Of a stretch of 64,000 nucleotides of DNA, positions 39,574 through 49,673 are shown one piece after another. A model generated the notes under the pieces. That model did no database searches. It was not told the DNA's origin and saw only the letters and a list, made by a program, of their open reading frames with translations. The DNA is from Pseudoalteromonas luteoviolacea. GTDB lineage: Bacteria; Pseudomonadota; Gammaproteobacteria; Enterobacterales; Alteromonadaceae. The stretch covers positions 1,143,588 to 1,207,587 of the forward strand of contig NZ_CP015412.1 of the NCBI RefSeq assembly GCF_001750165.1. The letters run 5' to 3'. How positions within the stretch are numbered: the stretch's first letter is position 1; the number at the start of each line of letters is the position of its first letter. The position numbers were made by a program, and so were the translations under genes.

Positions 39574-39870
39574 GTAGTTAGTTATCTTACATAGCCACTT
39601 TTTCAGTGCGTCTAAAGAGCATTTAGTATCCATACACCTATTGGAGAATAGTCTTTAACTTAATTTTTTGTATTGTTTTTATTTGCTTTTTTATTCGGGA
39701 AATGGGTAAAAAAGAGAATAATGTATAAGTTTTGATTAAAAGGAGATAGGGATATCATGACGCTTAGAGTAAGAGTGCCGATTTTATCATCAAACAATGA
39801 ACAGGCCCACATTAGTAACGTGTTCGTAGAAGCAATAAATAGCCATGGCTTTATTTTTATCTTAGCCATA

Positions 39871-40839
39871 TTATTTGGCCTGAAACCACCTAACTATATT
39901 ATTTAGCGTTCTTTGGAAAAAGTTCATCGGCTTAATGATAAAGCTATCGAATATCAGCTCAGTGGGTGATTCATTTGCTTTTAATACGCTATTGAGAGCG
40001 TGAAGTTTCTCTACACTTAAATCCAGCGATGCCTCATTGGGCTGGTACGTTGAGCCAATAGGGTAATATTGTTTTGGTACATTTTTCATTTCTATATGGG
40101 CACCTAGTATAGCGCTCACAGCGTTATCTTTTGCGAATTGACTCAGCTTATTGATGCTGTATTTGTATGCGTTCCAGTCTTTTACATAGATATATCCGGG
40201 GTAAAGTGTGTCGCCTGTTAATAGCCATTTATTTTGCGGATCATAAATACTTAGACTTTCTTCTTGGTGACCTGGTGTGGGCAGAATTGTTAAGGTTCGT
40301 CCACCAAGGTCGATTAGCGCCTGTTCATCAGGCCATCTTTTAAATTTAAAGTAGGCTTGTAACGCGGCCTTTGAAGGTCGGATAAGTGTGGTATTTGGTT
40401 GGCTGTCGAAAGCCCAATCACCTTGGTAGTGATCACTGTGTCCATGCGAGTGTATGATCAGCAGTTCTTTTTTTGAGAGCTGCTTTTTACCTAACAACTT
40501 CTCCAATGTTTGATACAAATTATACGAAGTGCGCTCTCCCAAAGCGCCCATGTCTAAAATCAAAATAGCTTGCTGGCCAACCAAGACATATATAAAAGGC
40601 GCTTCATATGTTAAGCATTTGCTTTGTCTAATAATATAAGTGCTTGCATCATGATGATAAATATCATGGGCAGTCGCTTGTGATGCCTCACAATTTTGAG
40701 CTCCGTGGTGCCATTTAAGTTTTGCGAGTGCGGTGTTTGGCGGGGATACCTCGTTCATTGAGTGCGTGTTTATGGTGTGTTTTGTGTGAATTGAACAACC
40801 ACTTAGAAGTAAAAGCAATAATGAAATACACGCTTTCAT
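39871..40839 (-). CDS. MBL-fold metallo-hydrolase lipoprotein
   Basis: 322 aa. Lipobox LLSGCS. HxHxDH zinc motif (HSHGHSDH). Confidence 0.75.
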   Translation of the reverse strand: MKACISLLLLLLSGCSIHTKHTINTHSMNEVSPPNTALAKLKWHHGAQNCEASQATAHDIYHHDASTYIIRQSKCLTYEAPFIYVLVGQQAILILDMGALGERTSYNLYQTLEKLLGKKQLSKKELLIIHSHGHSDHYQGDWAFDSQPNTTLIRPSKAALQAYFKFKRWPDEQALIDLGGRTLTILPTPGHQEESLSIYDPQNKWLLTGDTLYPGYIYVKDWNAYKYSINKLSQFAKDNAVSAILGAHIEMKNVPKQYYPIGSTYQPNEASLDLSVEKLHALNSVLKANESPTELIFDSFIIKPMNFFQRTLNNIVRWFQAK

Positions 40840-40870
40840 GTCGCCACCCTTGATATAGTTCGATTTTGGT

Positions 40871-41368
40871 TTACCGCTGCTTATTTAACATTTCGAAGCG
40901 TTGGATAAGCGGCGTTTCGATGAGTACTTTTTCAGCTTCTCGCACTTTTTGCAGCAAATCACATTCGATTTGTTGAATGAGATCTGTGAATACCTCTGTC
41001 ATTTTCGACGTCAAAGGTTTTAACTGCATCACTTCTTGTTTACCAAGGTCGGTTAAATGCAGTGTTTTTGCGCGCTTGTCCTTTGGGTTAGGTTTTCGGC
41101 AAACTAAGTTGAGCTTGATCAGAATATGTATTCTTTGTGTTGCCATCTGATGTGTGACACAAAGCGCTGCGGCTAACTCAGCAACGGTGACGCCATTATT
41201 TTGCTCAAGATAATACATGCTTGATATAGCTGTGCTTGGGGCTGTGATGCCATAACGTTGAAGCACTGTCGTGCCTTGTTCACTGATCAAATCAGACAAA
41301 CGACGACAAAAGTGGGCAAGAAATGCTTGGTCTAAAGTGTTTAGGTATTCGCTCATGGTGCATCGCAT
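40871..41368 (-). CDS. MarR family transcriptional regulator
   Basis: 165 aa. Winged-helix MarR core (LTDLGKQ wing). Divergent from the DoxX-like gene. Confidence 0.8.
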   Translation of the reverse strand: MRCTMSEYLNTLDQAFLAHFCRRLSDLISEQGTTVLQRYGITAPSTAISSMYYLEQNNGVTVAELAAALCVTHQMATQRIHILIKLNLVCRKPNPKDKRAKTLHLTDLGKQEVMQLKPLTSKMTEVFTDLIQQIECDLLQKVREAEKVLIETPLIQRFEMLNKQR

Positions 41369-41373
41369 AAGTA

Positions 41374-41423
41374 TACAAGTACTTGTACATTAGCATGCGA
41401 TTGAATTTATACAAGTACTTGTA
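41374..41423. promoter_or_regulatory. two copies of 14-bp perfect palindrome TACAAGTACTTGTA spaced 36 bp; candidate MarR operators
   Basis: Copies at 41374-41387 and 41410-41423 in the MarR/DoxX divergent intergenic region. The first copy starts 6 bp upstream of the MarR start codon. Confidence 0.55.
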
Positions 41424-41641
41424 CAATTTTAAAGGTATACATAGATACAAATTGATGACAATAAAATTTAGTTTTTTGTGAGGGTGTAAGGGACAATTTT
41501 TACAAAGTAGTGATTGAAAAAGGCACAGTATTCATTTTAAATATCTTGGTTTTACAAGTATGGTGCATGGATGCAAAAAAGCTTGGTTTGTTTTCCATAC
41601 AGTGCCAATCATCATCAAGCACAACGAAAGAAGAGTATGCC

Positions 41642-42133
41642 ATGGTTACGCCCATCGTTATTTTGTTCTTACTAATAAGTCCGCTTGTTATTCATTATGT
41701 TATTTCACACTTAAAAAGCACGTCCCCTAATGTTCAAAAATTTGCTTGTTGGGGGTTGGGACTAGCATATTTATTCTTTTTTATTGGTCATTTTGTTAAA
41801 ACGCAAGGTATGGTGGAGATGTTACCTGCTTGGATCCCATACCGATTAGCTTTGGTGTATTTAACGGGTATACTTGAATTGGTTGTGGGTATTGCGCTGT
41901 TTATTCCTAAATATCAAGTGCGGGCAGCGAAAGCGGCGATTGCGATGTTTGTACTTTTCTTTCCTGCAAATGTGTATGCTGCGATCAATAGTATAGGCCT
42001 CGGTGGTCATCAGTGGGGACCTATCTATTTGCTTATTAGAGGGCCGTTACAGCTAATTTTAATTTCTTGGGCATACTTTTTGTGTATAAGGCAGCACACA
42101 GGAAAGAGCAAACATGATGCATCATTGGCTTAA
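41642..42133 (+). CDS. DoxX-family membrane protein
   Basis: ORF called from 41510, but the ATG at 41642 (MVTPIVILF...) gives a typical 4-TM DoxX-like protein. GILELVVGIALFIP matches the DoxX E-L-x-x-G-x-x-L-x-x-P motif. Confidence 0.5.
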   Translation: MVTPIVILFLLISPLVIHYVISHLKSTSPNVQKFACWGLGLAYLFFFIGHFVKTQGMVEMLPAWIPYRLALVYLTGILELVVGIALFIPKYQVRAAKAAIAMFVLFFPANVYAAINSIGLGGHQWGPIYLLIRGPLQLILISWAYFLCIRQHTGKSKHDASLA

Positions 42134-42388
42134 TTAACGGTGATTAAAGTCGTGGCTGTCGCATAGCTTGGCTGCTTTGATAGTGTTTCACTGACTTTTT
42201 ATAAAGTGAATATCTCAACACAAACCATTATAGATGATACGACTGACCATTTGTTCCACTATTCGTTTTATTACATAGTTTATATGGATAAAGTCAATGT
42301 GGATGCGTTGAGGTACGGTGAACAATTTTCAAGTTTTTCGAGCGTTCCCGTTTGATATTATCTTTATTAATTACAGCTAGTTAATTTT

Positions 42389-42700
42389 ATGGAGTATCAA
42401 TTGAAACCGAAGTTAATAGTGCTAAAAATGCCATTTGAAGACGGGCCTGGAAAGACGTGGATTTGTGCTCACTGTGCATTAATTGAAGGTGCTCTGTCTG
42501 TAAATAAACACTGGGAAGCTGATATTGAAGTGCATCGAATTGATTTTCCAAAACCACGTAAAATGTTGGTGGATTTATTAGGCGAAGATAAACAATGGTT
42601 ACCAGTTTTAATACAATCTGATAAAAGCCCCATTACGGATCCTATTGAGATAGTTAATACGCTTGCTGAACAATTTGGTGGCGCATCAGTGCACCCATAG
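42389..42700 (+). CDS. small DUF3088-like protein (tentative)
   Basis: 103 aa. FEDGPG...C..C..EG pattern recalled from DUF3088. Confidence 0.4.
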   Translation: MEYQLKPKLIVLKMPFEDGPGKTWICAHCALIEGALSVNKHWEADIEVHRIDFPKPRKMLVDLLGEDKQWLPVLIQSDKSPITDPIEIVNTLAEQFGGASVHP

Positions 42701-42742
42701 ATGCGCTCAGATTTGCTGAGTAAAGTGTCGACTAGGTTCCCT

Positions 42743-44023
42743 TTATACTGTTTTACTCAGCCATCGATTCATTAACAAGCATGCTGTCAGATCCCCTGTG
42801 ACATTTAAGGTTGTCCTGCACATATCTAAAATTCTATCCACGCCTAAGATAAGCGCAATACCAGAGGGCGGAATACCAAAACTGGTCAAAACCGAAGCGA
42901 GTATCACAATGCCCACCCCTGGCGTACTTGGGGAGCCAATTGATGCCCCAACCGTCGTTAGCATTAATAGTATGATTTGACTTTGCGATAACTCTACACC
43001 AAATACTTGAGCGAGAAATAAAGCTGCAATAACTTGGTATAGCGCAGTTCCATCCATGTTGATGGTCGCTCCAAGCGGGATAATAAATTGCGCAATCGGT
43101 TTGTTTACCTTCAACTTTTGCTCTGCAATTTTCATGGATAGTGGCATGACAGCTGCTGAGCTTGATGTAGAAAACGCGAGAAGCTGAGCATCTTTGATTG
43201 TGCTTATAAATTGCCATGGAGGGACCTTTCCAACCAGATAAACCAGCAGCAGATAGGCACATAACAGTATCAACAAGCCTAGTATAACGGTGATTACATA
43301 TGCAGAAACACCGATCAACGCTTCGACACCAATTCGTATTGTGATATCACATAGCAAACCAAACACAGCAAAAGGCGCCAAGTTCATCGCCCAATTTACG
43401 ACCTTAAGTGATAGCGATTGCACGGATTCAGTGATATCTAGCAGTAATCTTTTTTGCTTAGCGATGAGAGTGGCCATGGCCACACCAATAAACCCAGAAT
43501 ATAAAACAACAGCGAGCATATCTTTATCTAGCGCAGACTGAGTGAAATTGGCAGGGATCATTGCAGCTACTTTTTCGGGGATACTTGATTGAGTTGCATC
43601 GTTAGTCGCTATTGGTACCATGCCCACGCCAAGATCTTTTAATAGCTGACCATCGACAAAGTCTCCGGGTGTTACGACTGAAGCAACCATAACGCCGATG
43701 CTCACTGAAACAATGGTTGTTGCGACGAAATAGGGAAAGATCCTAAGGCCAACTTTTTTTAAAAACTCAGTATCTTGATTTCCAGCAATACCTAAAATAA
43801 TAGAAGACATAACGAGTGGAATGACGACCATTTGGATCAAGGCCAAAAACAATTTACCTGGCAAGGCAACCCACTGAGCTACTTGATGTGCACTTTGTTC
43901 GTTTAGAGCTCCTAGGCCTTTAGGAGAGAGTATTAACCCAATAATTAATCCTAAAATTAAAGCGAATACTATTTTCTGCCAAAGTGCTTGTTTACTTATT
44001 ATTCGTTGGATAAGTTGAATCAT
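42743..44023 (-). CDS. dicarboxylate/amino acid:cation symporter (DAACS family, GltP/SstT-like)
   Basis: 426 aa, polytopic. Conserved DAACS segments (IPLGATINMDGTALYQ, GVGIVILASVL). Confidence 0.85.
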   Translation of the reverse strand: MIQLIQRIISKQALWQKIVFALILGLIIGLILSPKGLGALNEQSAHQVAQWVALPGKLFLALIQMVVIPLVMSSIILGIAGNQDTEFLKKVGLRIFPYFVATTIVSVSIGVMVASVVTPGDFVDGQLLKDLGVGMVPIATNDATQSSIPEKVAAMIPANFTQSALDKDMLAVVLYSGFIGVAMATLIAKQKRLLLDITESVQSLSLKVVNWAMNLAPFAVFGLLCDITIRIGVEALIGVSAYVITVILGLLILLCAYLLLVYLVGKVPPWQFISTIKDAQLLAFSTSSSAAVMPLSMKIAEQKLKVNKPIAQFIIPLGATINMDGTALYQVIAALFLAQVFGVELSQSQIILLMLTTVGASIGSPSTPGVGIVILASVLTSFGIPPSGIALILGVDRILDMCRTTLNVTGDLTACLLMNRWLSKTV

Positions 44024-44220
44024 TTAAATTTCCAAACTCCGTTTGTTAGTCGAATTTATCAACTTCTGAACTGTAATAATTTGATTATCATCAATGGCAG
44101 AGATTGTTTAAATTTATTTGACATAATTCATAGCTTCCATTTTAGGTAAATTACCCAAATATTATATTTTTTAAATATTTGTATTACATTTGTTTTGTTT
44201 CTTTATGAGGTAATTAACAA

Positions 44221-44934
44221 ATGGAATATAATAGTCCTTTAGGGAAAATAAAAGCACAGTATTTAATTTCAAAATTGCAGTTGCCGCCATCCTCACATGT
44301 GTTAGAGGTAGGGTGTGGAAATGGCAAGTTTTTACACCAAGTCTTGGAAGCCTATGATGCTCATGTTTTAGGGGTGGGTATTGATGATGTTCTCATTGAA
44401 CAAGCACAGGACTATGCCAAGAGTCACTTTGAGCCAAATCGTTTTGAGTTTATAAGTCAATCGATTAACGATGTAGAGCTGCCTTTAAATCATTTTGATT
44501 TAATTATTTGCAATGGCGCAACGCATGCATATGAACAAGGCCCTAATGCATTATTAAGCACATTGTCGGAAACGATTAAGTTATTAAAACCAAACGGTAA
44601 GCTTCTGCTAGGGGAGTGCTACTGGAAACAGCCGCCTAAGGAAGGTTATCTGAATGTATTGGGAGTCACAGAGGATATATATCACTCGCATCATGGCAAT
44701 ATAAAGCTGGCACGTAAAGTCGGTTTTACCGCTTTATATGCGACTACTAGCAGTGATGAGGATTGGGACAACTTTGAATGGGGGCGTGTGATGTACGCGC
44801 ACATGTTGTTGGAAGAGTCCCCTTACAACGACGCACTAAAATCAAAGACTCAGCAATTAGATTCGTGGATGGATATTTATCTTGAGTCGGGAAGAAATAC
44901 ACTGGGCTATGGCTTTTATTTATTTAAAAAATAG
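44221..44934 (+). CDS. class I SAM-dependent methyltransferase
   Basis: 237 aa. Motif I VLEVGCGNGKF and a Rossmann-fold layout. Confidence 0.75.
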   Translation: MEYNSPLGKIKAQYLISKLQLPPSSHVLEVGCGNGKFLHQVLEAYDAHVLGVGIDDVLIEQAQDYAKSHFEPNRFEFISQSINDVELPLNHFDLIICNGATHAYEQGPNALLSTLSETIKLLKPNGKLLLGECYWKQPPKEGYLNVLGVTEDIYHSHHGNIKLARKVGFTALYATTSSDEDWDNFEWGRVMYAHMLLEESPYNDALKSKTQQLDSWMDIYLESGRNTLGYGFYLFKK

Positions 44935-44973
44935 CTTATGCAATAACTTTTAACTTAAATTAAAGGAAATAAT

Positions 44974-45396
44974 ATGAAGATAATCACAATAGGATTAATA
45001 GCGGCACTTTCAACTGGTTGTGCATCACAGCAGGGGATTGATGGCACAAAAGAAAAGCCGATTCTTGATTTAACTTCTTCTAAAAAGGATGTCGAGCTGT
45101 ATTGGTATAATACTAAGCATGTAGCACCTGTTTATCCGTCTAGTGCCGCAATGAAAGGGATAAGTGGCTGTGTAGAGTTTGAGTTCGTGATTTCAAGTGA
45201 AGGAAAAGCAACAGATATTGAGACAATTAAGTCAATCCCTGGTACACGATTCATTTCCGCAGCTAAAAAGGCACTTAGACAGTTTAAATGGCAACCCGCT
45301 GAGAGCAATAAATTCGCCCAACCAGTCAGAACAACAGCGGAAATAGGGTTCTCTACAGATCTTTCTAAGTCAGTTGAAAATTGTGATCGAGTATAA
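44974..45396 (+). CDS. lipoprotein with TonB C-terminal-like domain
   Basis: 140 aa. Lipobox LSTGCA. C-terminal region resembles the TonB_C fold (YPSSAAMKGISGCVEFEFVISSEGK). Confidence 0.5.
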   Translation: MKIITIGLIAALSTGCASQQGIDGTKEKPILDLTSSKKDVELYWYNTKHVAPVYPSSAAMKGISGCVEFEFVISSEGKATDIETIKSIPGTRFISAAKKALRQFKWQPAESNKFAQPVRTTAEIGFSTDLSKSVENCDRV

Positions 45397-45698
45397 TTAT
45401 TAAATGAGATTGATCTGAGTTCATGCAAGGCTTTTTCTAGCTTTGCATTTTTTCTTGTATTTAAATAAGTCTCTTAAAATAAATCAATCCTGATAACGTG
45501 AGCCAAGCCCCTATTAACTCTTTTAGATATTGAAATCACATCTAAATTTACACAGTGGTGATTAGAAGTGGTTATGGCTATCGTTTTTGCTTTTAAAGTT
45601 GCTTCACTCTATAGCTTAGCCCTAAACATGATGGGTTTCGCACTTCATCGAATTAAAATTCACTTACATTATTTATTTTACTAATATAATCTGCATAA

Positions 45699-47066
45699 AT
45701 GCAGTATGTTTGCTATAAAGGACAAGCTTTGAAAGTCGGTTTAGTATACAAAAAATTGTTGGCAAGCTCAGTTTTAGCCACCACCTTACTCTTAGTGACT
45801 ATAAGTAGTGCACAAGTATATGCTAACAATGCTATAGAGTCTGTGCGGCTCTGGTCTGCTCCAACAAGCACAAGAGTGGTTTTTGATTTAAAAGACAAAC
45901 CTGATTATTCTTTTTTTAGTCTGCGTTCTCCTAATCGTCTAGTGATTGATTTTAACGATAGTGGCTCTCAAGTTAGTTTTAAAAATTTGACCAAAAGCGA
46001 CCACCGAGTTAAAAAAGTGCGTACCAGTACACCCAAAAATAAAGCATCAAAACGTGTTGTATTAGAGTTGGGGGATACATATAAATTGGTTGTTTTTCCT
46101 TTGGCTCCGACAGGACAATATGGTCACAGATTGGTAGTTGAGTTGCATGATACAGTGCAGGCGAAACAAGCGATTAAAAGTAAGACAGTTGATGATAACC
46201 GAGACGTTGTCGTTGCAATTGTTGCAGGGCATGGCGGTGATGATCCTGGTTCTATTGGTTATGCAGGCAGTTACGAAAAGCATGTTACGCTGGCAATTGC
46301 CAAAAAGTTGGCTGCTCAACTTAATGCGAAATCTGGCTTTAAGGCTGTGTTGATCAGAACTGGTGACTATTTTGTCAGGCATGAGCGAAAGCCACGTATG
46401 GCGCGAGAAAACAGAGCTGATTTATTAATATCAATTCATGCGGATGCCTTTACGTCTTCTAAACCTAATGGTGCGTCCGTTTTGGTTCAATCTGCGCGAA
46501 GAGCGAATTCGGAATTCACGAAAGTGATAGCAAATCGTGAAAGAGAGTCTCAGTTGCTCGGAGGTGCTGGGGAAATAATTAAAAATACGCAAGACGACAA
46601 TTTGGCCGTGATCCTGGCTGATATGACTAAAGAGTTTACGACTCAAAGTAGTTATGTATTTGCCTCGGAAGCTTTAAGCGAGTTAAAAAAAGTCACCAAG
46701 TTACATAAGACAAAGCCTGTTGGGTTGAGTTTAGCTGTATTGACGGCACAAGATATTCCGTCGGTACTTATTGAAACGGGTTTTATTTCCAACCCTAAAG
46801 ATGAAAAAAACTTAAATAGCCCAACTCACCAGAAAAAGTTGGCGGTGGCTATAACTAATGCAATTTTAAATTATTTTAACCAATACCCTCCGAAAGGCAC
46901 ACTAATTTCAGCAACCAGCTCTTTAACTCATCGTGTAAAGCGAGGTGAGTCACTTTCAATTATTGCGCAAAAGTACCGTGTGACTATAAAAAGCATCAAG
47001 CAAGCCAATAATTTGAGGACCAATGCTATTAAAATAGGTCAGGTTCTGACAATACCAAAGAGATAA
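45699..47066 (+). CDS. N-acetylmuramoyl-L-alanine amidase (AmiC/AmiB-like) with N-terminal AMIN and C-terminal LysM domains
   Basis: 455 aa. AMIN-like segment (VRLWSAPTSTRVVFDL). Amidase_3 motif (VVAIVAGHGGDDPG). C-terminal LysM (HRVKRGESLSIIAQKYRVTIKSIKQANNL). Confidence 0.85.
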   Translation: MQYVCYKGQALKVGLVYKKLLASSVLATTLLLVTISSAQVYANNAIESVRLWSAPTSTRVVFDLKDKPDYSFFSLRSPNRLVIDFNDSGSQVSFKNLTKSDHRVKKVRTSTPKNKASKRVVLELGDTYKLVVFPLAPTGQYGHRLVVELHDTVQAKQAIKSKTVDDNRDVVVAIVAGHGGDDPGSIGYAGSYEKHVTLAIAKKLAAQLNAKSGFKAVLIRTGDYFVRHERKPRMARENRADLLISIHADAFTSSKPNGASVLVQSARRANSEFTKVIANRERESQLLGGAGEIIKNTQDDNLAVILADMTKEFTTQSSYVFASEALSELKKVTKLHKTKPVGLSLAVLTAQDIPSVLIETGFISNPKDEKNLNSPTHQKKLAVAITNAILNYFNQYPPKGTLISATSSLTHRVKRGESLSIIAQKYRVTIKSIKQANNLRTNAIKIGQVLTIPKR

Positions 47067-47323
47067 CCAAAGAGTAATAGTCGCTTTTATTTATATATTT
47101 GAGTGCTAAGTAAGTCATTCTATTTTTGCACGCGATGTGGTGTATAGTATTACCGTTAAGATAAAGTTTATCTTCCCTTTTCTCAAAAATTTAATGTATT
47201 AAATATTAATTTATTAATTAAAGTTAGGATTCAATTGTTTTTTTAAAGAACTTTTGATTTTGTTGTTTTAATTTGATTTTTCTTATTTAGAATACTTCTT
47301 TTTATTATGAGTAAAAGGACATT

Positions 47324-48949
47324 ATGAAACACATATTAATGGTTGGGGCCGCTCTATCTACCATGTCGTTAAGTGCAAATGAAGGCAATAGTGTGGCAGT
47401 ACCACATGAGTTTTTTGCAAATACGCCTGCAAAAGCAGCTGAAGTGAATGAAAATTTTTCTTTCTTATCAGGGCATATCAGTGAAAACCAGACAAAGCTT
47501 GCAGAGTTAAACACGTCATTGACTTCAGTTGTATCTGGATTGAACAGTCAGCTAACCAATGCTAATGATAAAATTGAAAATAACACCACCTCTATATCTA
47601 CCCTACAGCAGGCTGTTAGTGGAAATGAAAATGCATTGAATAACTTTATTGGTTCATCTTTAGTGAGTATTCAATCGCTACAAACAGACAAACAATTAAA
47701 AACCACACAAATTACGCAGATAAATACAAGCTTAGGTAGTATTCGTGCAGAGATGGCAGATCAGGCACAAACGATTACTGCATTGAATACAGCTTCAACT
47801 CAAAATGGCGCTGCATTAGAGGTAATGAATACGAGTTTGCAAGTACAGACACAAGCCGTTAGCCTTGCGAATACGCGAATTCAGGCCAACGAGAGCAGCC
47901 TAAGTGCGCTTCAGCAGAAAGTTACGCAACAGGAGGCTGTTGATACAAATATTGAGAATCGAGTAACGCAATTGAATACGGGGATATCTTCAGTAAATAC
48001 CCAGCTTACTGCTATTTCTACTCGATCTCAGGCTAACGAGAGTAGTTTGAATGCGTTACAGGAGAGAGTAGCTCAACAGGAGGCTGTTGATACAAATATT
48101 GAGAATCGAGTAACGCAATTGAGTAATGGGGTATCATCAGTAAATACCCAGCTCTCTGCTATTTCAACGCGTTCTCAGAATAATGAAAATTCAATCACAA
48201 CACTGAGTTCGTCGCAAACAACATTGAATACAGATTTAACCAATTTAGATGCGGCTGTCTCTAATTTGAGTGCTACAGTCAATACGCAATCTTCTACAAT
48301 TTCAACCATACAGTCATCTGTGCAGGGACATGGTGGTAGATTGGATGCGCTAGAGGCTGCACGTCAGCCAATACAGACGTACGATCCAATCATTAATCCG
48401 CATGAAGATATTTTGGACGCACCAATTAATTACTCTTATATTGCCACAGCACCCGGCGATGTATTTTCTTTACATGGTGAAAATTTTAGAATGTACCGTT
48501 TCCCGGTGATGGATTTTGAAACAAACCAAAGGTATGCCGTCGATATCCCCCTAAGTGAAGGAAATACTTACGAGTCGATTGGTGTAAGTACCATGTGTAG
48601 TACTTTTCATTTATCTCCTTCACAACCCATAGGTGATAATGCTAAAGCGATATTTTCTGTAAGTGGGTTTATGCAAAGACAGTACAAAATGGGAAGTGAT
48701 AAAATTGAGAGTTCTTATTCACTTCAAAGGCTCAGGCCTCAAATACAAGTAAAGATAGGTCGTTACACCTGTTTTAGCCTTACTTTAGGTAAATGGTCTG
48801 GCGGTATGGAGGTTGATGGGCAAGGTGCACTTGCTAGCGGCCAGTATGATCTGACAAACGGGTTTAACTGGCCGGCCAAAGCAGATCGAATTGATGAGGT
48901 GGTTGATTTTAGCCGTTTAGCAAACTACATCCGTGTAACGGCACTTTGA
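47324..48949 (+). CDS. secreted coiled-coil repeat protein with non-repetitive C-terminal globular domain, hypothetical (adhesin/fibre-like)
   Basis: 541 aa. Signal peptide. About 330 aa of S/T/N/Q-rich heptad-like repeats including two near-identical 49-aa units. About 190-aa C-terminal domain without recognisable motifs. Confidence 0.5.
   Translation: MKHILMVGAALSTMSLSANEGNSVAVPHEFFANTPAKAAEVNENFSFLSGHISENQTKLAELNTSLTSVVSGLNSQLTNANDKIENNTTSISTLQQAVSGNENALNNFIGSSLVSIQSLQTDKQLKTTQITQINTSLGSIRAEMADQAQTITALNTASTQNGAALEVMNTSLQVQTQAVSLANTRIQANESSLSALQQKVTQQEAVDTNIENRVTQLNTGISSVNTQLTAISTRSQANESSLNALQERVAQQEAVDTNIENRVTQLSNGVSSVNTQLSAISTRSQNNENSITTLSSSQTTLNTDLTNLDAAVSNLSATVNTQSSTISTIQSSVQGHGGRLDALEAARQPIQTYDPIINPHEDILDAPINYSYIATAPGDVFSLHGENFRMYRFPVMDFETNQRYAVDIPLSEGNTYESIGVSTMCSTFHLSPSQPIGDNAKAIFSVSGFMQRQYKMGSDKIESSYSLQRLRPQIQVKIGRYTCFSLTLGKWSGGMEVDGQGALASGQYDLTNGFNWPAKADRIDEVVDFSRLANYIRVTAL
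47882..48175 (+). repeat. 2 x 147-bp in-frame tandem duplication (49-aa units QANESSL.ALQ..V.QQEAVDTNIENRVTQL..G.SSVNTQL.AISTRS)
   Basis: Units at 47882-48028 and 48029-48175 share a 46-bp identical core (caggaggctgttgatacaaatattgagaatcgagtaacgcaattga). A degenerate third unit follows. Confidence 0.8.
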
Positions 48950-48959
48950 TGAGGCGGGT

Positions 48960-49463
48960 ATGAACTTATTGCAAATCATTTTCGTCGTATTTTTGGTTAT
49001 GCTTCTCAGTGCTTGCGGTGGCGGAGGTGATGGTGCTTCAACAGCCAATAATAAGCAATCATCTAGTGCGTCGAACGTAAATAATAACCAAGGTGACAGT
49101 GACCAAGGTGACAGTGACAGTGACCAAGGTGACAGTGACCAAGGTGACAGTGACCAAGGTGACAGTGACCAAGGTGACAGTGACCAAGGTGACAGTGACC
49201 AAGGTGACAGTGACCAAGGTGACAGTGACCAAGGCGGCGGCGACCAAGGTGGTGGCGACCAAGGCGGCGGCGACCAAGGTGGCGGCGACGAAGGTGGTGG
49301 TGGCCAAGGCGGCGGCGACCAAGGTGGTGGCGACCAAGGCGGCGGCGACCAAGGTGGCGGCGACCAAGGTGGTGGCGACCAAGGTGGCGGTGATACTGGT
49401 ACTTTACCAGCTACAAAAACAAGCTGGACTAAAGCAACTTGGGATGACTTGAAATGGCAATAG
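48960..49463 (+). CDS. lipoprotein with acidic pentapeptide tandem repeats (QGDSD)n-(QGGGD)n
   Basis: 167 aa. Lipobox LLSACGGG. Starts 11 bp after the previous gene. Central region is about 20 pentapeptide repeats. Confidence 0.55.
   Translation: MNLLQIIFVVFLVMLLSACGGGGDGASTANNKQSSSASNVNNNQGDSDQGDSDSDQGDSDQGDSDQGDSDQGDSDQGDSDQGDSDQGDSDQGGGDQGGGDQGGGDQGGGDEGGGGQGGGDQGGGDQGGGDQGGGDQGGGDQGGGDTGTLPATKTSWTKATWDDLKWQ
49088..49390 (+). repeat. tandem 15-bp coding repeats (gaccaaggtgacagt x ~9, then gaccaaggYggYggc x ~10)
   Basis: Read directly. Both-strand ORFs in this region (49059..49382 minus, 49093..49452 plus) are repeat artefacts. Confidence 0.85.
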
Positions 49464-49485
49464 TGTCAGTTTAGGTTTATATCGT

Positions 49486-49532
49486 GCGTACCAATATAGT
49501 CTTTACATATATTGGTACGCTGCTTTATTACT
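49486..49532 (+). terminator. rho-independent terminator after the repeat-lipoprotein gene
   Basis: 12-bp perfect stem gcgtaccaatat/atattggtacgc around an 11-nt loop, followed by tgctttattact. Confidence 0.5.
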
Positions 49533-49618
49533 ACCCACTGGTGTTAACCTCAGAAGTTGAATCTAATTTAGTTGCCATTCAACAAGCGTTTAATATTTGT
49601 TACAAAGTCCTTTGGCTT

Positions 49619-49647
49619 TTGACGCGATTTTTTCGTACTGTATAAAT
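49619..49647 (+). promoter_or_regulatory. sigma70-like promoter TTGACG-16 bp-TATAAAT
   Basis: Read directly, about 27 bp upstream of the small ORF at 49674. Confidence 0.4.
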
Positions 49648-49673
49648 GACCGAGTTAGACAGTTGGAACAAAT

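Noticed and set aside
49059-49452. ORFs 49059..49382 (-) and 49093..49452 (+) giving (TLV)n / (TKV)n proteins
   Set aside because: These are alternative-frame readings of the 15-bp tandem repeats. Only the frame with a lipoprotein signal and coupling to the upstream gene (48960..49463) makes biological sense.
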